NCBI GenBank assembly: GCA_965224245.1
Contig: OZ245046.1
Span: 832,001-896,000, forward strand
DNA from: Candidatus Eiseniibacteriota bacterium
Lineage (GTDB): Bacteria > Eisenbacteria > RBG-16-71-46 > CAZAMP01
DNA length: 64,000 nucleotides
Reading direction: 5' to 3'
Position numbers and translations under genes: made by a program
The notes under the pieces: model-generated
What the model saw: only the letters and a program-made list of their open reading frames with translations
What the model was told of the DNA's origin: nothing
Databases searched by the model: none
Part shown: positions 9,795 through 20,247 of the stretch, in pieces
Position numbering within the stretch: the first letter of the stretch is position 1
Layout of the letters: each line of letters starts with the position of its first letter

Positions 9795-10433
9795 GTGCCG
9801 CGAACGCGCCGACGAACGCGGGCCCCGGGGCGCCGCCGCGAACGCCTCTGGCGCGAGCGCGGCGCCCGGCGAGTGGCCGGCATCGACGAGGCCGGCCGGG
9901 GACCGCTCGCCGGTCCCGTGGTGGCCGCCGCCGTCGTGCTCCCCGAGGACGTCACCCTCCGCGGCGTCCGCGACTCGAAGCTTCTCCCCGACGACCGGCT
10001 CGAGACGCTCTTCGCGCGCGTCGTGGACCGCGCCGAGGCCGTGTCCTGGTGCGCGGCCGGGCCGAGCCTCATCGACCGGGTCAACATCCTGCGTGCGAGC
10101 CACGTGGCCATGCGCGTGGCCGTGGACGACCTCCCGGTGCGTCCCGACGTCGCGCTGATCGACGGTCACCTGACGCCCGACGTGGGGTGCCAGGCGGAGT
10201 GCGTCGTCAAGGGGGACATGACCGAGCTCGTGATCGCGTGCGCGTCGATCGTGGCCAAGGTGGTCCGCGATCGGATGATGGCCCTCTACGACGCGGTGTA
10301 CGCGGGATATGGCTTCGCGCGCCACCACGGGTACCCGACGCCCGAGCACCTCGCGGCGATCGACCGGCTGGGGGCGTGCCCGATCCATCGGTACTCGTTC
10401 GCCCCGGTGGCCCAGGCCAGGCTGATGCTGTGA
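9795..10433 (+). CDS. rnhB: ribonuclease HII
   Basis: VAGIDEAGRGPLAGPVVAAAV, DSK, IDG, KGD, ASIVAKVVRD, GYPT; start codon approximate (GTG 9795). Confidence 0.95.
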   Translation: MPRTRRRTRAPGRRRERLWRERGARRVAGIDEAGRGPLAGPVVAAAVVLPEDVTLRGVRDSKLLPDDRLETLFARVVDRAEAVSWCAAGPSLIDRVNILRASHVAMRVAVDDLPVRPDVALIDGHLTPDVGCQAECVVKGDMTELVIACASIVAKVVRDRMMALYDAVYAGYGFARHHGYPTPEHLAAIDRLGACPIHRYSFAPVAQARLML

Positions 10434-10457
10434 GTCGCTCGGATCACTGGCGGCAAT

Positions 10458-10494
10458 ACCCGGGTACACTCGGTTGCACCCGGGTACACTCGGT
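10458..10494. repeat. two direct copies of ACCCGGGTACACTCGGT (palindromic core)
   Basis: 17-mers at 10458 and 10478; the core matches the 41.6-kb array and the 42501 palindrome. Confidence 0.85.
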
Positions 10495-10541
10495 GACAGC
10501 ACCGTTCGTCACGTGTGTCATGGAGCGGGGAGGAGCTGACC

Positions 10542-11241
10542 GTGCATCGTTGCGTCGACGTGACGCTGATCGTGGATCACCGACGCCCCTTTACCCGGGG
10601 CCTCATGGAGCTGGCGGAGATGCTGGTGCACGCGGCCCGCGATCTCGGCTTGGAGTCCGAGCTGCTGACGAACGCGTTCAGTCGACGAGGCCCGACGATC
10701 CTCCTCGGCTCCATCGGTTGGCCCGCTGGCCCATCATCCGGTCATCCGGTCATCCGGTCATCCGATCATCCGGTCATCCGGTCATCCGGTCATCTTGTAC
10801 CAGCTCGAGCAGCTCTCGGACCGCGAGGGTTGGCTTTCGCCTGCGCGTCTGGAACTCATGAAGCAAGCTGATCACGTCTGGGATTACTCCCCATTGAACT
10901 GCGCATTCCCGGAACAGACAGGCGTCTCGGCCGTGCACGTTCCGATCGGGTACTCGTCCGCGCTGGAGCGGTTGCCACACGATGTTGCCAAGGACATCGA
11001 CGTGCTCTTCTACGGATCGATCAACGCGCGACGATCGCGAATCCTGAGAGCGCTCTCGGAGCGCCACCGGGTGGAGACGCTGCCGTACCTCTCGCTGGTC
11101 GATCGGTGTCGGTACTTCCTGGAGCGCGACGACGAGCGCGATCAACTGGCCGAGGACAACTGGCGGACGTGTTCGCGAGAGTCCATGATCGCGAACGTCG
11201 AGCGAGGTCTGATGGCCAGCGGCATCCTGGATCACGGCTGA
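10542..11241 (+). pseudogene. glycosyltransferase-like gene frameshifted at an octamer tandem repeat
   Basis: GGAGGAG RBS + GTG 10542; first frame ELAEMLVHAARDLG...TILLG, second frame YQLEQL...VWDYS..N...VPIGY...DIDVLFYGSINARR; frame changes at the TCATCCGG array. Confidence 0.7.
10734..10794 (+). repeat. simple sequence repeat (TCATCCGG)x7 + TCATC
   Basis: Seven 8-bp units from 10734 to 10789 (fourth is TCATCCGA). Confidence 0.97.
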
Positions 11242-11312
11242 GCTGGACAGATCGCACGAGCGAGCCCCTCGAGACTCCCCGCGACGACGCTCTCTCCCGG
11301 ATCGGACTCGCA

Positions 11313-11699
11313 TTGCTGGACACGACCACCAGCGGCCGTCTCGGCGAGACGATCGCCGCCACGTACCTGGAGCTCGCGGGGTATCGCATCCGGCGCCGGA
11401 ACGTGCGCTTCGGACCGCGGGAGATCGACCTCGTGGTGACGCGCGAGCGCGAGCTCGTGTTCGTCGAGGTCAAGCTCCGATCGAGCGATCGCTTCGGCGG
11501 CGCGATGGGCGCGCTGACCTGGCGCAAGCGCCGCGAGCTGTGGCGGGTCTTCGGGCCCCTCTTCGGCGAGCTGCGCCGCCGCGACTGGCACCCCCGGATC
11601 GACTTCATCGCGATCGAGCGACAGCGCGGCGGCGTGATGGGACTGACGCTCCGCCACTTCCCGAACGTCGTGGGATCGGGGGCCCGCATCGCCGGCTGA
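11313..11699 (+). CDS. yraN: YraN family putative endonuclease
   Basis: GRLGETIAATYL..GYRI..RN...EIDLV...LVFVEVK; usual neighbour of rnhB; start approximate. Confidence 0.9.
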   Translation: MLDTTTSGRLGETIAATYLELAGYRIRRRNVRFGPREIDLVVTRERELVFVEVKLRSSDRFGGAMGALTWRKRRELWRVFGPLFGELRRRDWHPRIDFIAIERQRGGVMGLTLRHFPNVVGSGARIAG

Positions 11700-11746
11700 C
11701 GCCCGCGTCGTCGGGTCGGTGACCGCGCCCCGGGTCGCGCGCCCCT

Positions 11747-12940
11747 TCAGCGGTAGAGGGACTTGAGCCCCGTCCAGCTCTCCCGCGTCACCGGCGTGGA
11801 CTCGCAGAACCCGCCGGCGCCGATGTCGCCGCAGGGGAAGTCGTACGGGTGATGCCCCGCCGCGCACGGTGACCACGGCCACAGGTCCACCCGGCGTATG
11901 AACGTGTCGCACACCAGCGGATCCTCGGAGAAGTTGCCGAGGACGTCCAGGTACTCCTCGACGGTGGTCCAGTCGCCGCCCGCGTTGCCCCAGAAGTCCG
12001 AGCAGTAGATCTCGCCGATCTCGCCGCCGTCGACCACGATCGCCGATCCGGTGCCCTCGGTGATGAGCGTCCGGCTGATCGACGTCGTGCCGCCGAGCAG
12101 ATGGATCGCGGCCGCGTCGGCATCCTCGGCGACGCGGTAGAACGTGCAGTGCTGGATCATCACGTCGCCGCTCAGGACGGTGATCGTGGTCTGGTCGTTT
12201 TGCCGGAAGAAGCAGCCGTCGAACGTGACCGTGGAGCCGTCGATCTTGATCACGTCATCGAAGACGGCCCCATGGTGCGCGAAGTCGATGAAGTCGAACC
12301 GGGCCGTCGAGTCGTGGAGGTAGATCGCGTCGACGGCATTCTGGTAGATGCGCCCGTCCTCGACGTCGAGGATCGAGTTCGTGGCATAGATGGCCGAGCC
12401 GAAGCCGGTCGTCGGGAGAACGTTGTCACGGAGGATCACCCGCCGGAGCGTGCAGGCGGCGTTCTCGAAGTAGAAGGCCGAGCCGTATTGCGCGCGGCAG
12501 ATGGCGACCTCGACGTCCTCTAACGTGGGCGAGGAGTCCTTCACGTAGAACGCGCCCCCGCGTGCCGACGAGCCCGGCTGAGAGGCGCGTCTCACCCGGA
12601 TCCGCCGGATGAGTGTGTCGGGGCCTTCTCCCCGATCGATCACGAACGCGCGAGCGTCGGCGTCCGGATAGCCGCACAGAATGTCCGAGGGGCTGCCCTC
12701 GATCGTGATCGCCTTCCCGGAGAGATCGACGTCGCAGTTCCCCGGTCCTTCGAACGTTCCGCCTCCCAGCAGCACGACGTCGCCGTCCACCGCGGCGTTC
12801 ACCGCGGCCTGGATCGTGGGCTGGTCCCCGGTGCCGTCGGGCAGGACGAGGATCGTGGTCGCCGAAGCGTCGGAGGAGAAAAGTCCCGCGGTGAGCGTGA
12901 GTACGGCGACACGCCCGACCGGTGCGAGTGGCGAGTTCAT
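11747..12940 (-). CDS. secreted right-handed parallel beta-helix protein with C-terminal SWxxLKxLYR tag
   Basis: Signal peptide (…SSDASA), PTIQAAVNAAVDGD, beta-helix-type repeats, DPLVCD..SPC, ends TPVTRESWTGLKSLYR. Confidence 0.8.
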   Translation of the reverse strand: MNSPLAPVGRVAVLTLTAGLFSSDASATTILVLPDGTGDQPTIQAAVNAAVDGDVVLLGGGTFEGPGNCDVDLSGKAITIEGSPSDILCGYPDADARAFVIDRGEGPDTLIRRIRVRRASQPGSSARGGAFYVKDSSPTLEDVEVAICRAQYGSAFYFENAACTLRRVILRDNVLPTTGFGSAIYATNSILDVEDGRIYQNAVDAIYLHDSTARFDFIDFAHHGAVFDDVIKIDGSTVTFDGCFFRQNDQTTITVLSGDVMIQHCTFYRVAEDADAAAIHLLGGTTSISRTLITEGTGSAIVVDGGEIGEIYCSDFWGNAGGDWTTVEEYLDVLGNFSEDPLVCDTFIRRVDLWPWSPCAAGHHPYDFPCGDIGAGGFCESTPVTRESWTGLKSLYR

Positions 12941-12981
12941 CGACGCCTCCTCGGCGTTACGAGCTCGCCCCCGCCCGCGAG

Positions 12982-15900
12982 CTACATGTTGCGTCGGTAC
13001 TGCCCGCCGACCTCGTACAGCGCGTTAGAGATCTGACCGAGCGACGCCACCTTCACCGCCTCCATCAACGATGCGAACAGATTCCCGCCCGTCACGGCGG
13101 CGCGCTGGAGCTCGGCCAGCGCCGCCGGTGCCCGGTCGGCGTTCCGCGCGTGGAACGCATCGCGGGATGCGATCGCATACTCCTTCTCCTCGGTCGTGGA
13201 GCGGATGATCTCCCCGGGGAGGATCGTCGGAGACCCCTTGGAGTCGAGAAACGTGTTCACGCCGATGATGGGCAGCTTGCCCGTGTGCTTGAGCTGCTCG
13301 TAATAGAGCGACTCGTCCTGGATCTTCCCGCGCTGGTACATGCGCTCCATCGCGCCGAGGACGCCGCCCCGCTCGGAGAGCGAGCGGAACTCCTTCAGCA
13401 CGGCCTCCTCGACGAGGTCGGTCAGCTCCTCGATGATGAACGAGCCCTGAAGCGGGTTCTCGTTCTTGTTGAGCCCGAGCTCCTTGTTGATGATGAGCTG
13501 GATGGCCATCGCCCGGCGGACGCTCTCCTCGGTGGGCGTCGTGATCGCCTCGTCGTAGGCGTTCGTGTGGAGCGAGTTGCAGTTGTCGTAGAGCGCGTAC
13601 AGCGCCTGGAGCGTGGTCCGGATGTCGTTGAACCCGATCTCCTGCGCGTGGAGGCTCCGGCCCGACGTCTGGACGTGGTACTTGAGCTTCTGCGAGCGCT
13701 CGTTCCCGCCGTACTTGCGCCTGATCGCCTTGGCCCAGATCCGGCGCGCCACGCGCCCGATCACCGAGTACTCGGGGTCGATGCCGTTGGAGAAGAAGAA
13801 CGACAGGTTGGGCGCGAAGTCGTCGATGTGCATGCCCCGCGACAGGTAGTACTCGACGTACGTGAACCCGTTGGCCAGCGTGAACGCGAGCTGGGTGATC
13901 GGGTTCGCTCCGGCCTCGGCGATGTGATAGCCCGAGATCGACACCGAGTAGAAGTTCCGCACGTCGTGCTCGATGAAGTACTCTTGGATGTCGCCCATCA
14001 TCCGCAGCGCGAACTCCGTGGAGAAGATGCACGTGTTCTGGGCCTGGTCCTCCTTCAGGATGTCGGCCTGCACGGTACCGCGCACGCGCGAGAGGGCGCG
14101 GGCGCGAAGCTCGGCGTAGACGTCGGCCGGCAGCACCTCGTCGCCCGAGACGCCGAGCAGCATCAGGCCCCGTCCGTCGTTGCCCTCGGGCAGATCGCCC
14201 TGGTAGGTCGGGCGTGCCACGCCGAGCTCGCGGTAGCGCGCGTCGATCTTCGCCTGGACGTCGGCCTCGAGACCGTTCTCGCGGATGTGGCGCTCGCACT
14301 GCTGATCGATGGCCGCGTTCATGAAGAACGCCAGCAACATCGGGGCCGGGCCGTTGATCGTCATCGAGACCGACGTCGTCGGATCGGCCAGGTCGAAGCC
14401 CGAGTAGAGCTTCTTCGCGTCGTCCACGGTGGCGATGCTGACGCCCGAGTTGCCCACCTTGCCGTAGATGTCCGGACGGTGGTCGGGATTCTCCCCGTAC
14501 AGCGTGACCGAATCGAACGCGGTGGAGAGCCGCTTGGCCGGCATGCCGGCCGAGACGTAGTGGAACCGCCGGTTGGTGCGCTCGGGGCCCCCCTCCCCGG
14601 CGAACATGCGCGCCGGATCCTCGCCCTGGCGCTTGAGCGGGAAGACGCCGGCCGCGTACGGGAAGTGCCCTGGCGCGTTCTCGGTCAGGATCCACCGGAG
14701 GACGTCGCCCCAGTCCTCGTAGCGGGGGAGCGCGACCTTCGGGATCCGGGTGTGAGAGAGCGACTCGGTGTAGAGGTCCTGCTCGATGACCTTGTCGCGC
14801 ACGCGGAACTGGTACGTGTCGGCGCGGTACCGGGCCAGCGTCTTCGGCCAGTCCGCCAGCGCCGTCCGGCAGTCGGGATCCAGGCGGGCCTCGATCTCGT
14901 GGTACAGCGTGACCAGGTCGCGGAGGTACTCCGGCTCCTCGGTGACGTGCTCCACCGCGCGGATGACGCCACCGCCCGATCGCTCCACGTCGCGATCGTC
15001 GACGGTCACGGCGCGGATGCCCGCGCGCTCGCGGAGCAGCGTGATCGTCCCGTGGAGCTGGTAGAGCTGCCGGGCCAGCGCGACCTGCTCGTCGACGAAC
15101 GCGTCGTAGGTGGCCGAGCTCTCGGCGATCTCGGCCAGGTAGCGCACGCGCTCGGGGGGCACGATGACGGCCTTGTCGTGAGGGTCGGTCGCGAGATCCA
15201 GCGTGCTCTCGAACGCGGCCCCGGTGGCGGCGTCCATCGCGGCCATGATCGCCTCGTAGAGCCGGTTCGTGCCCGGGTCGTTGAACTGCGAGGCGATCGT
15301 GCCGTGGATCGGGAGCGCCTCGTCGTCCACGTCGAAGCGGGCGTGATTGCGCTTGTACTGCTTGCGCACGTCCCGGAGCGCGTCCAGGGATCCGCGCTTG
15401 TCGAACTTGTTGATCGCGATCATGTCGGCGAAGTCGAGCATGTCGATCTTCTCGAGCTGGGTCGCCGCGCCGTACTCGGCCGTCATCACGTAGAGCGACA
15501 CGTCCGAGTGCTCTGTGATCGACGTGTCGGACTGGCCGATGCCCGACGTCTCGACGATCACGAGGTCGTACCCCGCGGCCTTGACGATGTCGATCGCGTC
15601 CTGCACGTGCGCCGAGAGGGCGAGGTTGGCCTGTCGCGTGGCCAGCGAGCGCATGTACACGCGTGGGTTCTGGATCGCGTTCATGCGGATGCGATCGCCG
15701 AGGAGGGCGCCTCCGGTACGGCGCTTGGAGGGATCGATCGAGATGATCGCGATCGTCTTGTCGGGAAAGTCGAGGAGATACCGCCGGACGAGCTCGTCAA
15801 CGAGCGACGACTTTCCCGAGCCGCCGGTACCGGTGATGCCGAGCACGGGCACGTCGCGCGCGGCGGCCAGCGCGCGGAGATCGCCGTGCACGGCCTTGGT

Positions 15901-16452
15901 CTCGTCGGGGTAGTTCTCGGCCACCGAGATGAGCTCGGCAATGGACTTGGGCTCCTCGACCGACAGGCCGCGCAGGTCCCCGTTGAGCGGTGGCGTCTTC
16001 GTGGGGAAGTCGCAGCGGGAGAGGAGGTCGTCGATCATGCCCTGGAGCCCCATCTCCCGTCCGTCGTCGGGGGAGTACAGGCGCTCGACACCGTATGCGT
16101 GAAGCTCCTCGATCTCGGACGGCAGGATCGTGCCCCCGCCGCCGCCGAAGACCTTGATGTCGGCGCCGCGCTCGCGCAGGAGATCGACCATGTACTTGAA
16201 GTACTCGACGTGGCCGCCCTGGTACGACGTGACGGCGATGCCCTGCGCATCCTCCTGGATCGCGCAGTCGACGATCTCGGCCACCGAGCGGTTGTGTCCC
16301 AGGTGGATGACCTCGGCGCCGGACGCCTGGATGATGCGCCGCATGATGTTGATCGCGGCGTCGTGGCCGTCGAAGAGGGACGCGGCGGTGACGATCCGGA
16401 CGTGATGTCGGAGCTTCGGCGCGGTCCTCGGCGTGGCCGGTGGTGCGGTCAT
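12982..16452 (-). CDS. icmF: fused isobutyryl-CoA mutase / G-protein chaperone IcmF
   Basis: B12-binding [15 protein letters not shown], GTPase [12 protein letters not shown] and LLGDRIRM, mutase [29 protein letters not shown]. Confidence 0.96.
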   Translation of the reverse strand: MTAPPATPRTAPKLRHHVRIVTAASLFDGHDAAINIMRRIIQASGAEVIHLGHNRSVAEIVDCAIQEDAQGIAVTSYQGGHVEYFKYMVDLLRERGADIKVFGGGGGTILPSEIEELHAYGVERLYSPDDGREMGLQGMIDDLLSRCDFPTKTPPLNGDLRGLSVEEPKSIAELISVAENYPDETKAVHGDLRALAAARDVPVLGITGTGGSGKSSLVDELVRRYLLDFPDKTIAIISIDPSKRRTGGALLGDRIRMNAIQNPRVYMRSLATRQANLALSAHVQDAIDIVKAAGYDLVIVETSGIGQSDTSITEHSDVSLYVMTAEYGAATQLEKIDMLDFADMIAINKFDKRGSLDALRDVRKQYKRNHARFDVDDEALPIHGTIASQFNDPGTNRLYEAIMAAMDAATGAAFESTLDLATDPHDKAVIVPPERVRYLAEIAESSATYDAFVDEQVALARQLYQLHGTITLLRERAGIRAVTVDDRDVERSGGGVIRAVEHVTEEPEYLRDLVTLYHEIEARLDPDCRTALADWPKTLARYRADTYQFRVRDKVIEQDLYTESLSHTRIPKVALPRYEDWGDVLRWILTENAPGHFPYAAGVFPLKRQGEDPARMFAGEGGPERTNRRFHYVSAGMPAKRLSTAFDSVTLYGENPDHRPDIYGKVGNSGVSIATVDDAKKLYSGFDLADPTTSVSMTINGPAPMLLAFFMNAAIDQQCERHIRENGLEADVQAKIDARYRELGVARPTYQGDLPEGNDGRGLMLLGVSGDEVLPADVYAELRARALSRVRGTVQADILKEDQAQNTCIFSTEFALRMMGDIQEYFIEHDVRNFYSVSISGYHIAEAGANPITQLAFTLANGFTYVEYYLSRGMHIDDFAPNLSFFFSNGIDPEYSVIGRVARRIWAKAIRRKYGGNERSQKLKYHVQTSGRSLHAQEIGFNDIRTTLQALYALYDNCNSLHTNAYDEAITTPTEESVRRAMAIQLIINKELGLNKNENPLQGSFIIEELTDLVEEAVLKEFRSLSERGGVLGAMERMYQRGKIQDESLYYEQLKHTGKLPIIGVNTFLDSKGSPTILPGEIIRSTTEEKEYAIASRDAFHARNADRAPAALAELQRAAVTGGNLFASLMEAVKVASLGQISNALYEVGGQYRRNM

Positions 16453-16878
16453 TCGGCGATCCTCTCGCGGCACGAGCCTCGGGGGGCGTGCGGGGGGTCC
16501 GCAGTGCGACGCGGCGGCTTCCGCGGGCGGCGCATCGGCGGAGCGTCTCCGGATGGACGCTACAGAAGGCGCCCCGATCGCGTCAAGTCATTGCCGCGCA
16601 CCGCGCTGTCAGCGTCCGCGCGGCGCGCGGTCCTGGCCCGCACATCGCGCGGTGGGTGCCCGGCCACCCCGCGGTCGGCTCCGGTGGAAATCGCCGGCCG
16701 GCCCGGGCGGCCCCGGGGTCGAGCGGCGGGTCGGCGGCGCTCACGGCGACCGGCCCGCCGCCGGTACCGCCGCGCGACGGTGCCCTTCGGGGTCGGGGAG
16801 GGGTCGCCCGTGCGCGGGCGGTCTGGGCCAGGGGCGTCGTAACCCCCTGTCTCAGAACGCGTTGCAATCTCGTTCGAT

Positions 16879-16907
16879 TTGACACCGGCCGGGTGCGGTG
16901 ATACTCT
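16879..16907 (+). promoter_or_regulatory. sigma70-type promoter with extended -10
   Basis: TTGACA-17 bp-TACTCT with TG at -15/-14, upstream of the acyl-CoA dehydrogenase operon. Confidence 0.7.
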
Positions 16908-17048
16908 ACCCCGCTTGTGTCCGTGCCGCCGCTTCCGGCCGAGAGCGTGGCGTGGCCGCGAGCGTCGATGTCGAATCGGACCGAGCCGGCCCCCGACGCG
17001 AGAGCGGCCGCTCGTTCGCCCCAAACCCGACGTAACCGAGGTTCCAAC

Positions 17049-18203
17049 ATGCACCTGGCGCTCACCGAGCAGCACGCCATGATCAAGAGCATGGTCCGCG
17101 AGTTCTGCGAGAAGGAGATCGCGCCACGGGCCGCGGAGATCGACCGCGAGAGCCGCTTCCCGATCGAGAACTTCCGCGGCCTGGCGGAGCTGGGTCTGAT
17201 GGGTATTCCCTACCCCGAGGAGTACGGTGGCGGCGGGGCCGACACGCTCAGCTACATCGTGGCCGCCGAGGAGATTGCGCGGGTGTGCGGATCGACGTGC
17301 CTCAGCTACGTCGCGCACGTCTCGCTGGGCACCGCGCCCATCGTCAACGACGGGACCGACGAGCAGAAGCGGCGCTGGCTGCCCTCGCTGTGCTCGGGCG
17401 AGACGCTGGGGGCGTTCGCGCTCACCGAGCCCAACGCGGGATCGGACGCGTCGGGCACGCAGACGACCGCCCGCCTCGACGGCGATCACTACGTCGTCAA
17501 CGGCCAGAAGATCTACTGCACCAACGGCCAGATCGCGGGCACCGTGGTGTTCACCGCGCTCACCGACAAGACGGCCGGATACAAGGGGATCAGCGCGTTC
17601 GTGGTCGAGAAGGGGACGCCGGGCTTCACGTACGGCACCAACGAGGACAAGATCGGATGCCGCGGCTCGGAGACGGCCGTGCTGTTCTTCGAGAACTGCA
17701 GGATCCCGGTCGAGAACCGCGTCGGCGCCGAGGGTGACGGCTATCGGAACTTCCTCAAGACGCTCGACGGCGGCCGGATCTCGATCGGCGCGATGGCCCT
17801 CGGGCTGGCGCAGGGCGCGTTCGAGGCGGCCATCCGGTACTCGACTGAGCGCGTGCAGTTCGGCAAGCCGATCAACTCGTTCCAGCTCGTGCAGGCGCAC
17901 CTCGCGAACATGGGTACCGAGATCGAGGCCGCGCGCCACATGGTTTACGACGCCGCCGTCCGCAAGGACCGCGGCCTTCCGTTCAAGAAGGAGGGCGCGA
18001 TGGCCAAGCTGTTCGCGTCCGAGGTGTCCCAGCGGGTCTGCAACGCGGCGCTCCAGGTCTTCGGCGGCATGGGCTACACGAAGGACGCCCCGGTCGAGCG
18101 CTTCCTCCGCGACGCGAAGCTCACCGAGATCGGCGAGGGCACGTCCGAGATTCAACGGCTGGTGATCGCTCGCCAGCTCCTCAAGGAGTACGAACATGTC
18201 TGA
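17049..18203 (+). CDS. acyl-CoA dehydrogenase (short/branched-chain type)
   Basis: [47 protein letters not shown]. Confidence 0.95.
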   Translation: MHLALTEQHAMIKSMVREFCEKEIAPRAAEIDRESRFPIENFRGLAELGLMGIPYPEEYGGGGADTLSYIVAAEEIARVCGSTCLSYVAHVSLGTAPIVNDGTDEQKRRWLPSLCSGETLGAFALTEPNAGSDASGTQTTARLDGDHYVVNGQKIYCTNGQIAGTVVFTALTDKTAGYKGISAFVVEKGTPGFTYGTNEDKIGCRGSETAVLFFENCRIPVENRVGAEGDGYRNFLKTLDGGRISIGAMALGLAQGAFEAAIRYSTERVQFGKPINSFQLVQAHLANMGTEIEAARHMVYDAAVRKDRGLPFKKEGAMAKLFASEVSQRVCNAALQVFGGMGYTKDAPVERFLRDAKLTEIGEGTSEIQRLVIARQLLKEYEHV

Positions 18204-19383
18204 GAACGACGCGGTCATCCTGAGCGCGTGCCGGACGCCCATCGGCAAGATGATGGGTGGACTGGCCTCGTTCGAAGCCACCGAGCTCGGCGCCATGGTC
18301 ATCCGCGAGGCGGTCTCGCGCGCAGGCATCGACCCGAACGACGTCGACGAGTGCGTGATGGGACACGTGCTCCAGGGCGGCGCCGGACAGGCGCCGGCCA
18401 CCCAGGCCGCGCTCGGCGGCGGGCTCGGCGAGACGACGTCCTGCCTGACCGTCAACAAGGTCTGTGGCTCCAGCCTCATGGCGGCGATCCTGACCGCCCA
18501 GCACATCAAGCTGGGCGACGCGAGCCTGATGGTGGCGGGGGGCATGGAGTCCATGACGCGCGCGCCGTACTTCCTGTCGAAGGCCCGCGAGGGCTTTCGC
18601 ATGGGGCACGGCGAGATCAAGGACCTGATGATCCACGACGGCCTCTGGTGTCCCACCGAGGACTGGCACATGGGCAGCGCGGCCGAGCACATCGCCGAGA
18701 AGTTCGGCGTGACCCGCGCGATGCAGGACGAGTTCGCCGCCGGCAGTCACCAGAAGGCGCTGGCCGCCCAGGAGGCGGGCAAGTTCAAAGGCGAGATCGT
18801 TCCGGTGTCGGTCCCGCAGCGGAAGAAGGACCCGATCCTCTTCGACACCGACGAGGGCCCGCGTCCCGGCACCAGCGTGGAGTCGCTGTCCGGGCTGAAG
18901 CCGATCTTCAAGAAGGACGGCTCGGTGACCGCGGGCAACGCGCCCGGCATCAACGACGGTGCCAGCGCCCTCGTGATCGCGTCGCGCAAGAAGGCCGAGT
19001 CGATGGGCAAGAAGCCGATGGCGCGCATCGTCGGCTACGCCATGGCCGCCCTCGCGCCCAAGGAGCTCTTCTACACCCCGGTGGTGGCGGTGCGGAAGCT
19101 GAACGAGCGCATGAGCGTGGACATCGGACACTGGGACCTGATCGAGGCCAACGAGGCGTTCAGCGCCCAGGCGCTGGCCGACGGCAACGAGCTCGGATGG
19201 GACTGGGACCGCGTGAACGTGAACGGCGGCGCGGTGGCGCTGGGCCATCCGATCGGCGCGTCCGGCGCGCGCATCCTGACCACGCTGCTCTACGCGATGA
19301 AGGACCGTGGCGCGAAGACCGGCATGGCCACGATGTGCCTCGGCGGCGGCGGAGCGGTGGCCCTCGGCGTGGAGGCGGAGTAG
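18196..19383 (+). CDS. acetyl-CoA C-acetyltransferase (thiolase)
   Basis: [39 protein letters not shown]. Confidence 0.96.
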   Translation: MSENDAVILSACRTPIGKMMGGLASFEATELGAMVIREAVSRAGIDPNDVDECVMGHVLQGGAGQAPATQAALGGGLGETTSCLTVNKVCGSSLMAAILTAQHIKLGDASLMVAGGMESMTRAPYFLSKAREGFRMGHGEIKDLMIHDGLWCPTEDWHMGSAAEHIAEKFGVTRAMQDEFAAGSHQKALAAQEAGKFKGEIVPVSVPQRKKDPILFDTDEGPRPGTSVESLSGLKPIFKKDGSVTAGNAPGINDGASALVIASRKKAESMGKKPMARIVGYAMAALAPKELFYTPVVAVRKLNERMSVDIGHWDLIEANEAFSAQALADGNELGWDWDRVNVNGGAVALGHPIGASGARILTTLLYAMKDRGAKTGMATMCLGGGGAVALGVEAE

Positions 19384-19387
19384 GACC

Positions 19388-20245
19388 ATGGCACACGACA
19401 ACGTGATCGTCATCGGGGCGGGCACGATGGGCAACGGCATCGCGCAGGTGTGCGCGACGTCCGGACGCACCGTCACGCTCGTCGACACGTCCGAGGCGGC
19501 GCTGGAGCGCGCCATGGCGACGATCGACAAGAACCTCGGGCGCATGGTCAAGAAGGAGAAGATCAGCGAGGCCGACGCCAAGGCGGCGACGGCCCGCATC
19601 ACGACCGCGACCGACGCGGCCGCGGCCGGGTCGGCGTCCATCGCGATCGAGGCGATATTCGAGAACGCCGACATCAAGAAGAAGATCCACGCCGACCTGG
19701 ACGCCCGTCTGCCCGAGGACGCGATCCTGGCCAGCAACACGTCCTCGATCTCGATCACCGAGCTGGCGGCGGCCACGAACCGTCCCGACCGGTTCATCGG
19801 CATGCACTTCTTCAATCCGGTCCCGGTGATGAAGCTGGTGGAGGTGATTCGCGGGCTCTCCACGTCCGACGAGACGACCCGGGCGGTCATGAGCATGGCC
19901 ACCGATCTCGGCAAGACCCCGGTCGAGGTGAACGACTTCGCCGGGTTCGTGTCGAACCGGGTGCTGATGCCGATGATCAACGAGGCGATCTACGCGCTGA
20001 TGGAGGGCGTGGCCACCGCCGAGGCGATCGACACCGTCATGAAGCTCGGCATGGCGCATCCGATGGGCCCGTTGACCCTGGCCGACTTCATCGGCCTCGA
20101 TGTGTGCCTCGACATCATGAGCGTGCTCCATCGCGAGCTCGGCGATCCGAAGTACCGCCCGTGTCCGCTGCTTCGCAAGAAGGTGGCCGCCGGGCACCTC
20201 GGCCGGAAGAGCGGCGTCGGGTTCTACGACTACCGCGAGAGCTGA
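19388..20245 (+). CDS. hbd: 3-hydroxybutyryl-CoA dehydrogenase
   Basis: [42 protein letters not shown]. Confidence 0.93.
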   Translation: MAHDNVIVIGAGTMGNGIAQVCATSGRTVTLVDTSEAALERAMATIDKNLGRMVKKEKISEADAKAATARITTATDAAAAGSASIAIEAIFENADIKKKIHADLDARLPEDAILASNTSSISITELAAATNRPDRFIGMHFFNPVPVMKLVEVIRGLSTSDETTRAVMSMATDLGKTPVEVNDFAGFVSNRVLMPMINEAIYALMEGVATAEAIDTVMKLGMAHPMGPLTLADFIGLDVCLDIMSVLHRELGDPKYRPCPLLRKKVAAGHLGRKSGVGFYDYRES

Positions 20246-20247
20246 GC

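Noticed and set aside
16660-16740. CCGGTGGAAATCGCCGG resembling a cobalamin riboswitch near icmF
   Set aside because: Wrong strand for icmF and no GGGAA, GCxACTG or B12-box elements found.
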